Positions 37,461-48,309 of a stretch of 64,000 bases of DNA are shown piece after piece. Position numbers and translations under genes: made by a program. Below the pieces are notes generated by a model. It was given only the letters and a program-made list of their open reading frames with translations. It searched no databases and was not told where the DNA came from. Source of the stretch: an uncultured Ruminococcus sp. (GTDB lineage: Bacteria; Bacillota; Clostridia; Oscillospirales; Acutalibacteraceae); contig CACZZB010000001.1 of NCBI GenBank assembly GCA_902785555.1, positions 35,282-99,281 on the forward strand, given 5' to 3'. Each line of letters opens with the position of its first letter. The first letter of the stretch is position 1.

Positions 37461-39902
37461 TTAACTTACATTTTCAGGGTCGATATCCGCATAGACGGCT
37501 ACATCGGAAAATGTCCTGTCCTTTCCGAAAGTTACCAGCAGTCTTGAAAGCATCTCCCTGAAACGCTTTGTATTCTTTGTTTTTATTATTATCCTGTAAC
37601 GGTATTTATTATTTATCTTGGAAACAAGTGCCGGTGACGGTCCTATCACACGCATAGGCAAATCACTGTATTCACTTTTGGCAAGCTGTGCAAGACTCTG
37701 AGCAAATATCTCTGATGTATTCTTGGTTTTATTCATATCTTTGCCTATAAAAGAAACTACACATATATCCGAAAAAGGCGGATAAAGCATGGCTTTTCTT
37801 ATAAGTATCTCGCTTTTATAAAACTCCGAATAATCCTGCTTTGATGCAAGGGTTATCACAGGATTTTCAGGCTCATAGGTCTGTATGACAGCCCTGCCTT
37901 TCAAATCTCCTCTGCCTGAACGCCCTACAACCTGTGTTAGCAGTGAAAACGTCCTCTCATAGCTCCTGAAATCATCACTGTGAAGCATCTGGTCGGCTGA
38001 AAGCACTCCCACAAGCGTTACATTTGGAAAGTCAAGACCCTTTGCAACCATCTGCGTACCAAGCATTATATCATATTCACCGTTTCGGAATGCCTGCAAT
38101 TTCTTTTCATAGGAAAATCTCCTCATTGTCGAATCCGTATCAAGACGGATTATTCTTGCTCTCGGAAACAATTCCTGCAAATCCTTTTCAGCTTTCTGAG
38201 TACCCGCACCCGAATATCTCAGTTTATCCGAATGACATGACGGACACTCTCTCGGAACGGGTATCGAATATCCACAGTAATGACACATCAGTCTTTGATT
38301 TGCACTATGGAATGTCAGCGAAATGGAACAGTTTGGACACGTTATTACTTCATTGCACGACATACATGATATGAATGTATTATAACCTCTCCTGTTCAGC
38401 AGAATTATCGACTGCTGATTATTGTTCAGATTTTCATGAACAGCTTCAAGGAGAACCGAACTGTATCCCGACATATTGCCTTTATACACTTCTTCATTCA
38501 TGTCAACGGTAATGACTTTCGGCAGTTTTGCCGTACCGTAACGCTTATCAAGCGTTTCAAGAGAATACCTGTTTTCACTTGCAAAATAAAAGCTCTCTAC
38601 CGAGGGTGTTGCCGATGACATCAAAAGAAGTGCATTATTCTCAGCACATCTTATCTTCGCAAGGTCACGGGCATGAAATCTCGGGGCTGACGAGGATTTG
38701 TATGTATATTCCTGTTCCTCGTCAATGACTATCAGACCTATATCGGAAAGCGGTGCAAATATCGCCGAGCGAGTTCCGACAGCTATATTTGCCTCTTTAT
38801 TTTTGACTCGTTTCCATTCTTTGAGCCTTTCGGAAAGCGATAAACCGCTGTGAAAGACCGCAACTTTATTTCCGTATCTTGCCTTGAACTTTGCCAGAAG
38901 CTGTGGTGTAAGTGCTATCTCAGGCACCATACATATAACGCCTTTTCCGTCAGCATTTGCACGGTCTATCAGCTTCATAAATACAGATGTCTTTCCGCTT
39001 CCCGTTATGCCGTACAAAAGAGATGCCTCAGGCTTTTTACTGCAATATTTTTCAAGAAGTGAATCAAAAGCCTTCTGCTGTTGGGATGTCAATATGATAT
39101 CCCTGTCATCCGTCACTTCAATGACTTCTTCGGATACCTCGGGCGGTTTTGAATCATAGTAACTGCAAATTCCCTTTTTGACGAGATTATCGACAACTGC
39201 TCCCGACACTCCCGTAAAATAGCATATCTCTTTTCTTGAAACATCTCCCGATACAAGAAGGGTATTTATTACTTCCTGCTGATTTGGTGTATATGCTGTA
39301 TCATCACTGTAATTTTCAAGATGCACCATCTTTACGGTCATATCCTGCAAGCGTTTTTTGACTGCTTCGGTTCTCGACAGGATATTTTTTTTATACATCT
39401 CCGAAAAAATTTCTCCATCGGACAATCCCATTGCTTTCAGAAGATTATCCTGTCTGACAGCCGTTTTTCTTGCTTTAAGATATAAATATATCTGTTTTTC
39501 GGTTTCCGAAAGACTGTTTATATCAATTCCGTCATTCGCCTTATAGCTGTACATGACTTTCAGTGAAAGACCTGTCGGAAGCATTGCACGGCAGGCATTG
39601 AAAAGGGTACAGAAGCATCTGTCCTTCATCATAAAAGCCAGCTTTACAAGTTCCTCCGACATGACAGGCTCTCTGTCAAGTATCTCACTGATATTCTTCA
39701 GTCCCGAAATATCATCAGTGCGGTGAAGCTCCATTATCATTCCCTGACGGAGAGAATTCCTGAAATTCACCATCACACGACAGCCTGTCACGGCATATCC
39801 CGCACAGCCTTCGGGGATAACATAATCATACAGTTTATCGAAATGATAAAGCGTATTCTCAACAGCTATCCCGCCGACAAGATATTTTTCAGTCATCAAC
39901 AT
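37461..39902 (-). CDS. priA: primosomal replication restart helicase PriA
   Basis: 813 aa. Walker A GITGSGKT, DEEQ box, and a Cys-rich zinc insertion (C..C...C..C..C..C). Confidence 0.9.
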   Translation of the reverse strand: MLMTEKYLVGGIAVENTLYHFDKLYDYVIPEGCAGYAVTGCRVMVNFRNSLRQGMIMELHRTDDISGLKNISEILDREPVMSEELVKLAFMMKDRCFCTLFNACRAMLPTGLSLKVMYSYKANDGIDINSLSETEKQIYLYLKARKTAVRQDNLLKAMGLSDGEIFSEMYKKNILSRTEAVKKRLQDMTVKMVHLENYSDDTAYTPNQQEVINTLLVSGDVSRKEICYFTGVSGAVVDNLVKKGICSYYDSKPPEVSEEVIEVTDDRDIILTSQQQKAFDSLLEKYCSKKPEASLLYGITGSGKTSVFMKLIDRANADGKGVICMVPEIALTPQLLAKFKARYGNKVAVFHSGLSLSERLKEWKRVKNKEANIAVGTRSAIFAPLSDIGLIVIDEEQEYTYKSSSAPRFHARDLAKIRCAENNALLLMSSATPSVESFYFASENRYSLETLDKRYGTAKLPKVITVDMNEEVYKGNMSGYSSVLLEAVHENLNNNQQSIILLNRRGYNTFISCMSCNEVITCPNCSISLTFHSANQRLMCHYCGYSIPVPRECPSCHSDKLRYSGAGTQKAEKDLQELFPRARIIRLDTDSTMRRFSYEKKLQAFRNGEYDIMLGTQMVAKGLDFPNVTLVGVLSADQMLHSDDFRSYERTFSLLTQVVGRSGRGDLKGRAVIQTYEPENPVITLASKQDYSEFYKSEILIRKAMLYPPFSDICVVSFIGKDMNKTKNTSEIFAQSLAQLAKSEYSDLPMRVIGPSPALVSKINNKYRYRIIIKTKNTKRFREMLSRLLVTFGKDRTFSDVAVYADIDPENVS

Positions 39903-40107
39903 CAGGCTCTAATATAGCAAATTTATGATCCTTGAATTCCTCGACGGCAACTATAACAGGCTTATCGCACGGACCTTTTGTTTTGTCCTTCTGTATCTCG
40001 TCGGTTATCTCTCTTGCTCTTTTGGCAACTGCTATTGCAAGGGCATATTTGCTCATCTTGCCTGCAAATATATCATCAACATTCGGTCTTGTATAATTTT
40101 CGTACAT
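39889..40107 (-). CDS. rpoZ: DNA-directed RNA polymerase subunit omega
   Basis: 72 aa with ..SKYALAIAVAKRAREI... Sits between gmk and priA as usual. Confidence 0.85.
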   Translation of the reverse strand: MYENYTRPNVDDIFAGKMSKYALAIAVAKRAREITDEIQKDKTKGPCDKPVIVAVEEFKDHKFAILEPDVDD

Positions 40108-40122
40108 AACAAAATCTCCCTT

Positions 40123-40674
40123 TCAGATATTATCAAATATTTTCTCTATCTCATCCGCACATTTTTTTACTTCATCATTGACCACTACATGGTCATAGAG
40201 CTTTGAAAGAGGTATCTCCTCCTCTGCCCTTTTAAGACGTTTTTTTATCTGTTCTTCCGTTTCCGTATTCCTGCCACGAAGACGCTTTTCAAGTTCGCCA
40301 AGTGACGGAGGCATTATAAATATACCTATGCAGTCGGGTCTTTTCGCCTTTACCTTCTGATAACCTTCGACTTCTATTTCAAGTATAACATTCTTTCCGT
40401 CAGCTATCCATTCATCTATCTGTTTTTTAGGCGAACCGTAGTAATTTCCGCAATACTCGGCATACTCCAGAAAGCCGTCTTCTGATATAAGCTCCTCAAA
40501 TTCCTCTCTTTTAAGAAAATGATACTCAATACCGTTTTTTTCCCGACCTCTCGGAGCTCTTGTGGTAGCCGATATGGAAAGCTCTGCAACTCCACGCCCG
40601 ATAAGTTCCTTTACGACTGTACCTTTACCCGTTCCTGCCGGGCCGGATACTACAAACAATTTTCCCATTTTCAA
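40123..40674 (-). CDS. gmk: guanylate kinase
   Basis: P-loop SGPAGTGKGT and ..TTR.PR..E..G..Y.F.. Confidence 0.92.
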   Translation of the reverse strand: MKMGKLFVVSGPAGTGKGTVVKELIGRGVAELSISATTRAPRGREKNGIEYHFLKREEFEELISEDGFLEYAEYCGNYYGSPKKQIDEWIADGKNVILEIEVEGYQKVKAKRPDCIGIFIMPPSLGELEKRLRGRNTETEEQIKKRLKRAEEEIPLSKLYDHVVVNDEVKKCADEIEKIFDNI

Positions 40675-40710
40675 AAAATTCCTCCATTATTTTTATATAT
40701 CAAAGAACAA

Positions 40711-40971
40711 TTATTCATCATTCTTCAACGGCTGTTCATCATCATTTATGCGATGTGCAACTGTTTCGGGCTGTACTGCCGAAAGAACGATATGGTCACT
40801 GTCAGTTACAATAACGGATTTTGTTTTTCTTCCGCATGACGCATCTATCAGCATACCTTTGTCACGGGCATTCTGTATCATTCTCTTTACAGGTGCTGCA
40901 TCAGGACTTACTATCGCAATTATCCTTGAGGATGAAATCATATTTCCATAACCTATATTTACAAGCTGCAA
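40711..40971 (-). CDS. remA: RemA/DUF370-family regulator
   Basis: 86 aa with ..[28 protein letters not shown]......D.G.LIDA..GR.T.SVI..DS.H..LSA.. Confidence 0.88.
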   Translation of the reverse strand: MQLVNIGYGNMISSSRIIAIVSPDAAPVKRMIQNARDKGMLIDASCGRKTKSVIVTDSDHIVLSAVQPETVAHRINDDEQPLKNDE

Positions 40972-40984
40972 GCTTTTTCACTCC

Positions 40985-41863
40985 TCATTCGATATTCTGT
41001 ATCTGCTCACGTATTTTTTCAATGTCGGCTTTGATAGCAACGACCTTGTGTGCAAGTTCGGCATCACAGACCTTTGAACCGATAGTATTGGCTTCCCTGT
41101 TCATTTCCTGAACGATAAAATCAAGCTTTCGTCCTGCAGGGGCTGATGCGTTGAGTATCTGTTCAAGCTGTGCAAAGTGACTGCGGAGTCTTACGGTTTC
41201 CTCTGCAACGGCTGTCTTATCGGCAAAGATTGCTGCTTCCGTCAACATTCTCTGTTCATCTATCGTGGTATCTCCCAAAACCTCTTTCAATCTCTCATAC
41301 AGTTTATTTCTGTATTCCTCAACGGTTTTCGGAGAACGTTCTTCTATTTCGGAAACTATTGATATGATATTCCTGCCACGTTCAAGAACATCATTCTTCA
41401 ATTTTTCGCCCTCACGCTCACGCATTTCCATAAAGCTGCCGAGAGCCTGCTCTCCTGCCGAATTTACGATATTACATAATTTTTCTTCATCTTCGGGAGC
41501 TTTGCTGACTGTGAATATATCCGTATATTTTGAAATGGTCGAAACGGAAATGTCATCACGCAGACCATATTTATCCGCCAGTTCTTTCAGGGCATTTATA
41601 TAGCCTGCCGCAAGTGAGTGGCTCACCTTGACATCTGCCGCAACATTCTCGTCAGCCTCTACCGATACAAATACATCAACTTTTCCTCTTGATATGTATT
41701 TTCCCAAAAGTTCCTTTATACTCTCCTCAAGAAAACCATATCCTCTTTGAAGTCTGCACTGAAGTTCAAAAAATCTGTGATTGACCGATTTTATCTCAAA
41801 AACGATTCTTCTTCCCTCAATAACTCCGTCAAAACGTCCGTAACCTGTCATACTTTTTATCAT
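40985..41863 (-). CDS. yicC: YicC/YloC-family endoribonuclease
   Basis: 292 aa with MIKSMTGYGR.. start and C-terminal ..QEMNREANTIGSK......IK...EKIREQIQNIE. Confidence 0.88.
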   Translation of the reverse strand: MIKSMTGYGRFDGVIEGRRIVFEIKSVNHRFFELQCRLQRGYGFLEESIKELLGKYISRGKVDVFVSVEADENVAADVKVSHSLAAGYINALKELADKYGLRDDISVSTISKYTDIFTVSKAPEDEEKLCNIVNSAGEQALGSFMEMREREGEKLKNDVLERGRNIISIVSEIEERSPKTVEEYRNKLYERLKEVLGDTTIDEQRMLTEAAIFADKTAVAEETVRLRSHFAQLEQILNASAPAGRKLDFIVQEMNREANTIGSKVCDAELAHKVVAIKADIEKIREQIQNIE

Positions 41864-42072
41864 AATTTCATCATCTCTGTAAATCAGATTTTTTTAATAA
41901 ATATTCCAAGATATATTCTAAATCTTTATAAGATGATTGTCAACCAACTTACAAAAATATTGATAAATCTTTGTGAGTATTACACAAAAAAACCATATAT
42001 TTTGGTATTTTAAAGATATTTTAATTTATAAACAAATCGGTAAAACTATTTTTAAGGAGGTGAAAAATTCTT

Positions 42073-43335
42073 ATGAAAAATAAAATATCAGACTCTGTAA
42101 GAATATTTACGGGAATAAGTGCCGCATTTTTATCTGTGCTTTTCGGTATATGTGCATTGACAGCATATCTTACTCCCTCTCAGATAATCCTGAATGAACA
42201 AAAAAATGAATTTCTCGGAAACAATTTCCCTATTTCGCTGAAATTTGACAGAAACACCCAAACTTATCCCGCTTTCGGTGACGAACAGGATATTCCGCAA
42301 AACAACACTACTGCCGAAATAATGCTTTTTGATTCCGTTCCCGTAAAACAGGTAAATGTAAACGTCACACAAAGAAAAAATGTTATTTTAGGCGGTACAC
42401 CCTTCGGTATAAGAATATATACCGACGGTCTTGTAGTTTCGGAGACATCTCCGGTAAAAACAGCAGACGGAAATAAATATCCCCCGAATGATGCCGGAAT
42501 AAAAAGCGGTGATATTATTATTTCCGTAAACGGCAAAAAAATCAATACGAATGAAGAACTGATTTCCATTGTGGAAAAAAGCAACGGACATCCTATTGAT
42601 ATAACCGCACGAAATAACGGAAACGAATATTTCACGAAAATAACTCCTGCCTTTGACAGTTCCCTGAAAAAATACCGTATAGGTCTTATGGTGCGTGACA
42701 GTTGTGCAGGGATAGGCACTATGACATTCATTGACCCCGAAAACGGCACATTTGCAGGTCTGGGACACGGTATATGCGACACCAAAAGCGGTTGTCTTAT
42801 GCCCCTGCAAAGCGGTGATATAGTAGATGCCGAAATAAATTCGATTACCAAAAGTGTATGCGGAAATCCAGGTGCATTGACGGGATTTTTCGTTGATACT
42901 TCATCCAAGGGTATCATAAATTCAAACAGTCAGTCAGGCATTTACGGAAGCATGAGTGAATATGACAGCAACGCCCAGACCATACCTGTTCTGTTCAAGC
43001 AGGAAATAGAAAGAGGCCCTGCAAAGATACTGACGACCATAAACGGGCATACTCCGAAATATTATGATATAACAATCGAGGATATAAGCTATAATAACAT
43101 GAATATGTCCAAAAATATGACCATACGGATAACAGACCCCGAACTTATCGAAAAAACAGGCGGTATCGTTCAGGGAATGAGTGGAAGTCCTATAATCCAA
43201 CACGGTCAGCTTGCAGGTGCAGTCACTCATGTATTCGTCAATGACCCGACAGGCGGTTACGGTGTATTTGCAGAAAATATGATATATTTCAGCTCAAAAT
43301 CCAATAATAAAACATCTTTGCCAAATGCAGGATAA
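42073..43335 (+). CDS. spoIVB: stage IV sporulation protein B, S55 signal peptidase with PDZ
   Basis: N-terminal TM, PDZ ..AGIKSGDIIISVNG.., ..GTMTFIDPENGTFAGLGHGI.. and catalytic ..GMSGSPI...G.L.GAVTHV.. Confidence 0.9.
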   Translation: MKNKISDSVRIFTGISAAFLSVLFGICALTAYLTPSQIILNEQKNEFLGNNFPISLKFDRNTQTYPAFGDEQDIPQNNTTAEIMLFDSVPVKQVNVNVTQRKNVILGGTPFGIRIYTDGLVVSETSPVKTADGNKYPPNDAGIKSGDIIISVNGKKINTNEELISIVEKSNGHPIDITARNNGNEYFTKITPAFDSSLKKYRIGLMVRDSCAGIGTMTFIDPENGTFAGLGHGICDTKSGCLMPLQSGDIVDAEINSITKSVCGNPGALTGFFVDTSSKGIINSNSQSGIYGSMSEYDSNAQTIPVLFKQEIERGPAKILTTINGHTPKYYDITIEDISYNNMNMSKNMTIRITDPELIEKTGGIVQGMSGSPIIQHGQLAGAVTHVFVNDPTGGYGVFAENMIYFSSKSNNKTSLPNAG

Positions 43336-43530
43336 ACTGTTTTTGTGAAAAATAAAAAAATTGTCGCACTTTCATATCTGTAACATCATTATTATACAAA
43401 ATAGCATTAAATTACCAAACTAAATTTGTTAAATCATTATCAAATTCAAAAATTTTCAAAATTCCTATTGCCAAATTTACCAATTTATGGTAAGATACAG
43501 TCATCACAAAAAATTAATGGAGGATTTGAT

Positions 43531-44304
43531 ATGAAAAACAAATTTAAAATGCTCATTGCCGAAGATGCTGCCGAATTCAGAACAAAGTCAGCGGATATTT
43601 TCACTGACAGCGGCTTTGACGCGAAATTTTGTGAAAAAGACGGCAGCAAGGTAGTTGAAATCATCCGCAGCTTCCAGCCCGATATTGTTATCATGGATAC
43701 TTTTATGACAAACATTGACGGTATCGGAGTTATGCGTGGAATAAAAAATAAAAATGATGTTAAATTCCCTGTATTCGTAGTCATATCCAATTTCGACAGT
43801 CCCATACTCGAAAAAGAAGTATTAAGTGCGGGTGCAGCTTATTATGTTATAAAACCCTTTAATGTAAGCAGCCTTATCGACAGAATATGCGAACTCATGG
43901 AGTGCCGTGACGATGATACTTTCAGCAAAGGCGAAATTTACAGCCTTGACCGTGAACTTGAAATAACCATAACCGATATCCTTCATCAGATAGGCGTTCC
44001 GGCTCATATAAAAGGCTACAATTATCTGCGTGACTCTATTATAATGTCTGTAAAGCACCCCGAAATCATCAACGCTGTCACAAAAGAGCTTTATCCCTCG
44101 GTAGCCAAAAAATATGAGACCACTTCATCAAGAGTCGAAAGAGCTATCAGACACGCTATTGAAGTCGCATGGGACAGAGGTGACGTTGATGTCCTCAACT
44201 CTTATTTCGGCTACACCATCCACAACGGCAGAGGCAAGCCTACCAACAGCGAATTTATCGCAATGATATCAGACCGCCTGCGTCTCCGCAAAAAAATAGC
44301 ATGA
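43531..44304 (+). CDS. spo0A: sporulation master regulator Spo0A
   Basis: Receiver domain (..LIAEDA.., ..[10 protein letters not shown].., ..IKPF..). Signature C-terminal domain [18 protein letters not shown].... and [19 protein letters not shown] at 43531 with RBS ggagg. Confidence 0.93.
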   Translation: MKNKFKMLIAEDAAEFRTKSADIFTDSGFDAKFCEKDGSKVVEIIRSFQPDIVIMDTFMTNIDGIGVMRGIKNKNDVKFPVFVVISNFDSPILEKEVLSAGAAYYVIKPFNVSSLIDRICELMECRDDDTFSKGEIYSLDRELEITITDILHQIGVPAHIKGYNYLRDSIIMSVKHPEIINAVTKELYPSVAKKYETTSSRVERAIRHAIEVAWDRGDVDVLNSYFGYTIHNGRGKPTNSEFIAMISDRLRLRKKIA

Positions 44305-44341
44305 TACCCCCATATCCCTTTAAAAAATACCCCTAAACATT

Positions 44342-44381
44342 GAAACAGGACGGAAATTTTCATAAAATTCCGTCCTGTTTC
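44342..44381 (+). terminator. intrinsic terminator after spo0A
   Basis: gaaacaggacggaaatttt pairs with aaaattccgtcctgtttc, followed by a T-rich tract. Confidence 0.8.
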
Positions 44382-44546
44382 TTGTTTGTAATTATTTTGT
44401 AACTTTTTTTAAAAGCCTGTAAGATTTCTGCAAAATGCACATAAAACATCTTTTTATTTTTATTTCAAAGAATTATAAGACCCATTTTCTGCCTATTTTT
44501 CATCAGGCACTTATACACATTGCACAAAAAACTCGGTTGAATTTAT

Positions 44547-44575
44547 TTGACATTTACATCCGTTTAGGCTATAAT
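44547..44575 (+). promoter_or_regulatory. consensus sigma-A promoter for the 3D/G5-domain gene
   Basis: TTGACA (44547-44552), 17 nt spacer, TATAAT (44570-44575). Confidence 0.7.
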
Positions 44576-44663
44576 TTCATTGTCGGCTGAAACACCGACA
44601 TCAAAAAGTTACAAACAAATGACAATCAGATTACAAAACTGATTTCTTAAGGAGATAATTACA

Positions 44664-45920
44664 ATGGATAATAAAAAAACAAATCGTTTTTCCGTTACCA
44701 AAAAAGCTGTCGCTGTTGCCCTCATGGGAACGATATGCCTTTCGGCAGCCGTATCTGTTGCAGCTATGTCAAAAACGGTTACTGTTACCGACGGTGAACA
44801 GACTGTCACAATAAATACTATAAATCCTCAAACGGATGTTATTCTTGAAAAAACAGGCATATCACTCAACGAAAATGACAAGCTCATCCGTACAGAAAGT
44901 GAAAGCAGCGACATCAGCATTTCCATTCTCCGTGCATTCAACGTAGATGTTGTTGACGGAAAATCAAAGAAAACACTTACTTTCAATGAAGGTACTGTCG
45001 CTGATGCGATAAAGGCTGCAGGTCTTACTCTCAGCAAGAACGATTCGGTTTCATTTTCAAGGGAAACTCGTCTTGAACCCGATATGGAAATAAAAATCGC
45101 AAGATTTTATACCGTCAACGTAAATGTAAAAGGCAATAAGATAACAAAGGAAGTTCCGGCAGGCACTGTAAAAAATGCTTTGGAATATCTTGATATCAAG
45201 CTCGATAAAAATGATGTTGTCAGTGTTGACGTAAACAAAGAAGTTACAGAAAACATGGATATCGTTATCAACAGCGTTACTTACAAAGATGTTACAACTG
45301 CCGAAAGCATCGCTTACAATACGGTATATCAGGATTCCGACGATATGTATATCGGTGAAACATCTGCCGTTCAGGAAGGCGTAAACGGTGAACGCACTAT
45401 CGTTACAAGAGAAAAATATATAAACGGCAAACTTGATTCGTCTTCACAGATAAGCAATGAAATAACAAAACAGCCTGTTGATGAAATAATCGCAAAAGGC
45501 ACAAAGGAATATGTAAGTCAGGTATATACAAATTCGGGTTCTATTTCTGTAAATGAATCAGCAAATGTTCTTACTGACGTAAACGGCAATCAGGTGAACT
45601 ATACAAGAGTCCTTACAGGTTCTGGTACTGCCTATTATGCTCCGGCAGGTGCTCTTACGGCAACGGGCAGACTTGCACGTTACGGTGTTGTCGCTGTTGA
45701 CCCCGATATAATCCCCTACGGCTCTATCCTTTACATAGTATCAAATGACGGTCAGGTCGTTTACGGCTATGCTGTTGCAGGTGATACAGGCGGAGCTTTA
45801 TGGGCAGGCACTGCAATAGTTGACCTTTATTACAATACTTATGACGAATGCTGTCAGTTCGGCAGACGTGACGTTACCATCTACGTTCTTGAAGGAGTTT
45901 CCGAAGATATCACCTACTGA
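44664..45920 (+). CDS. YabE/RpfB-like cell-wall protein (DUF348 repeats, G5 domain, C-terminal 3D domain)
   Basis: N-terminal TM anchor. Repeated ~45-aa V.V..DG......T....V...L...GI.L...D modules. G5-like ..E.GV.GE......E.Y.NGK... C-terminal 3D domain ..GTAYYAP....TATG.....GVVAVDP..IP.GS..Y... Confidence 0.8.
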   Translation: MDNKKTNRFSVTKKAVAVALMGTICLSAAVSVAAMSKTVTVTDGEQTVTINTINPQTDVILEKTGISLNENDKLIRTESESSDISISILRAFNVDVVDGKSKKTLTFNEGTVADAIKAAGLTLSKNDSVSFSRETRLEPDMEIKIARFYTVNVNVKGNKITKEVPAGTVKNALEYLDIKLDKNDVVSVDVNKEVTENMDIVINSVTYKDVTTAESIAYNTVYQDSDDMYIGETSAVQEGVNGERTIVTREKYINGKLDSSSQISNEITKQPVDEIIAKGTKEYVSQVYTNSGSISVNESANVLTDVNGNQVNYTRVLTGSGTAYYAPAGALTATGRLARYGVVAVDPDIIPYGSILYIVSNDGQVVYGYAVAGDTGGALWAGTAIVDLYYNTYDECCQFGRRDVTIYVLEGVSEDITY

Positions 45921-45946
45921 TAAAAAATTAAAAGCATAAAAATTTC

Positions 45947-45971
45947 CACTGTATCTTCAAAAGATACAGTG
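45947..45971 (+). terminator. intrinsic terminator
   Basis: cactgtatctt pairs with aagatacagtg, followed by ttttttt. Confidence 0.8.
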
Positions 45972-45983
45972 TTTTTTTATATC

Positions 45984-47501
45984 TCAGCACAGCGGAGCAA
46001 ATATTCTTAAAATACCGTCAATATACCATCTGAAATCTCCTGTCTTGAGGTCACTCAATGTTCGGAGAGTCGCTTTTGACTGTGTTTTAAGAAAATCTTC
46101 CTCAAAATCCTTTATCATCTCCGATTTATAGAATACCGAGTTATTTTCAAAATGCAGGAAAAGGCTTCTGTAATCAAGATTGACTGTTCCGACAGTCGCT
46201 ATATTCCCGTCAATTATACAGCCCTTTGCATGGACAAATCCCGGAGTATATTCGTAAATCTTCACTCCTGCATCCATAAGAGTTTTATAATACCCTCTCG
46301 ACATCCTGTAAACTAACTTCTTATCGGGTATGCCCGGCATTATTATCCTTACATCCACTCCTCTTTCAGCGGCTTTTACAAACGCTTCGAGAAGATATTC
46401 GCCAAGCATCAGGTACGGTGTATAGAACCACGCTGTTTTCTTTGAATGATACAAAAGGTCAACATACAAATCATTGCTATATGTTTCAAATCTTACGGGA
46501 GAATCATAATATGACAATACATAACCGTCATCCGACTGTGTAGTATTTTTCGGGAAAGGCGGAAAATATTTCGACAGTTCAAGAGGTTCTTTTGAAAAAG
46601 CGTTCCAGAACTCAACAAACATACGTGCATATACCTGTGCCGCAGCACCTTTGACGTAAAATCCTATATCTTTCCAGTGACCGTACTTTTTCTTTTTATT
46701 GATATACTCGTCAGCTAAATTTACTCCTCCGCTGAAAGCTATCTCACCGTCAATGATAAGCATTTTTCTGTGGTCACGGTAATTGAGCGTACCGCTGAGA
46801 AATTTTATGGGATTGAAGCTGACACACTTAATGCCCTTGCTTTTGAGGTCTTTTACGTTTCGCCTTGAATATGTAGAGATACTTCCCACGTCATCATACA
46901 TGAAATATACCTCGACACCCTCTTTTACCTTCTGTTCCATGATATTTACCATTGAATCCCACATGATACCGTTTTCAACAATGAAATATTCCGCAAAAAT
47001 GAATTTCTTGGCTTTTTTGAGTTCTTCGAGCATACATTTGTGCATTTCCTCGCCCAATGCAAAATACCTTGCATTCTCATTCCTCACAACAGGAAAATCC
47101 GTTTCCCTCTGAGTTCTTGCAAGCACCGTTGCAAGATGAGGATTTTCTTCGGATATCTTATTTATAAGCTCATCATTGCAGACCTCGGAATATACTTTTA
47201 TTTCACCCTCTGATGAATCCAGCTTTTTTCTGATAGGCTTTGCACTTTTCTGATTTCCGTAACACCAATATAAAAAAGTTCCCGGAAGCGGAAAGGCAAG
47301 TATCAGAATAAGCCACAGTATCTTATAACTGCCCTCATCCTTTTTTGTAACGATATAAAGGACATAGTTAAATGAAGCTATAGCAACTATCATATCAACA
47401 ATCTCCGTCAAGCCATCCGCCAGCCATACGAGAAATGACATCCATGCAATCTGGATAAGTATTGCAGGGAGAACTATCAATATTCTTGCAAGCAGTTTCA
47501 A
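45984..47501 (-). CDS. cls: cardiolipin synthase
   Basis: Two N-terminal TM segments and two PLD HKD motifs (HRKMLIIDG.., HAKGCIIDG..). TTG start. Own TGGACA-17-TATAAT-like promoter at ~47527-47555. Confidence 0.9.
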   Translation of the reverse strand: MKLLARILIVLPAILIQIAWMSFLVWLADGLTEIVDMIVAIASFNYVLYIVTKKDEGSYKILWLILILAFPLPGTFLYWCYGNQKSAKPIRKKLDSSEGEIKVYSEVCNDELINKISEENPHLATVLARTQRETDFPVVRNENARYFALGEEMHKCMLEELKKAKKFIFAEYFIVENGIMWDSMVNIMEQKVKEGVEVYFMYDDVGSISTYSRRNVKDLKSKGIKCVSFNPIKFLSGTLNYRDHRKMLIIDGEIAFSGGVNLADEYINKKKKYGHWKDIGFYVKGAAAQVYARMFVEFWNAFSKEPLELSKYFPPFPKNTTQSDDGYVLSYYDSPVRFETYSNDLYVDLLYHSKKTAWFYTPYLMLGEYLLEAFVKAAERGVDVRIIMPGIPDKKLVYRMSRGYYKTLMDAGVKIYEYTPGFVHAKGCIIDGNIATVGTVNLDYRSLFLHFENNSVFYKSEMIKDFEEDFLKTQSKATLRTLSDLKTGDFRWYIDGILRIFAPLC

Positions 47502-47589
47502 TTTTTATCGCACTCCTTTTTTTGATTTTATAAAATTATATCACACCATGACTCTATTGTCCATAATTTTTTCCGAATGGCAAAAAGTA

Positions 47590-47626
47590 AAACAGCTCCG
47601 ACAATTCAAAACTGTCGAAGCTGTTT
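47590..47626 (-). terminator. intrinsic terminator of the ~850 nt unit (minus-strand specific)
   Basis: 14-bp stem aaacagcuucgaca/ugucggagcuguuu. On the minus-strand RNA the only non-Watson-Crick pair is G-U; on the plus strand it would be a C-A mismatch. UACUUUUU follows on the minus strand only. Confidence 0.75.
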
Positions 47627-48219
47627 CCTTTAAAACAATGGAGGTACAAAAATCAAACTACCATCGGACTCATTCCATTTCAAAATAATAATCAAAGTCG
47701 TAAAGGTATGCAACCGCAAACCGAAAAGACAACCATAAATTACATTGGACTCAATCCTATCTATGTAAATTTTATATACAAAACCGCCTTCGGTTTTATT
47801 CCAATCCGTAACCGAAATTACATTCGGTGAACGATATAACCACCGCACACCCTCGAAATAAATATCCTTAATGCTTTACTCTCCAAAACCACCCCACTGG
47901 CAGTCACACACTGTAAAGAAAGATTATCAATAACAATGCGGAGCTTTCGGCAACAGACGGAGGAAATTTTCCGTTCAATTCATTTGCAAGACACTATTCC
48001 CGAACAATGGCTTCAAGCAATCCCCGTGTGTCATAACGGTTAGTCCGAACAGGAGAAAACACTCCATACGAACAACATATTCAATTGTCAAAGTCCCAAA
48101 ACAAGCGGAGTCAAACGACAACCTTGCACAATTCAAAGACTTTTCCGAACTCACAACCTAAATACCGTTGAAACAAGAGCCATTATCCGCAATTCACGGA
48201 TACCAATATGCCCAAAAAC

Positions 48220-48309
48220 TCAACCTCGTTCATACTCTATCTTATCCTCGTTGAAAGCCTCGCACCAAACGGTACGAGTTCCGCATATAACCGGTTCCAG
48301 TTCGCCCAT
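48220..48309 (-). CDS. possible 29-aa peptide MGELEPVICGTRTVWCEAFNEDKIEYERG near the 5' end of the long transcript
   Basis: ATG at 48309 preceded by AAAGGAGG with a 9 nt spacer. Below the 60-aa threshold of the ORF track. No other support. Confidence 0.3.
   Translation of the reverse strand: MGELEPVICGTRTVWCEAFNEDKIEYERG

Noticed and set aside
43362-43368. TGTCGCA, a one-mismatch Spo0A box (TGTCGAA) upstream of spo0A
   Set aside because: A single degenerate 7-mer in an AT-rich spacer is not significant on its own.
47630-47848. 72-aa ORF (GTG start) on the minus strand inside the long non-coding unit
   Set aside because: No RBS at a usable distance (gaggg abuts the GTG). The composition is hydrophobic and low-complexity, typical of random G+U-rich sequence. 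It runs up to the terminator hairpin.
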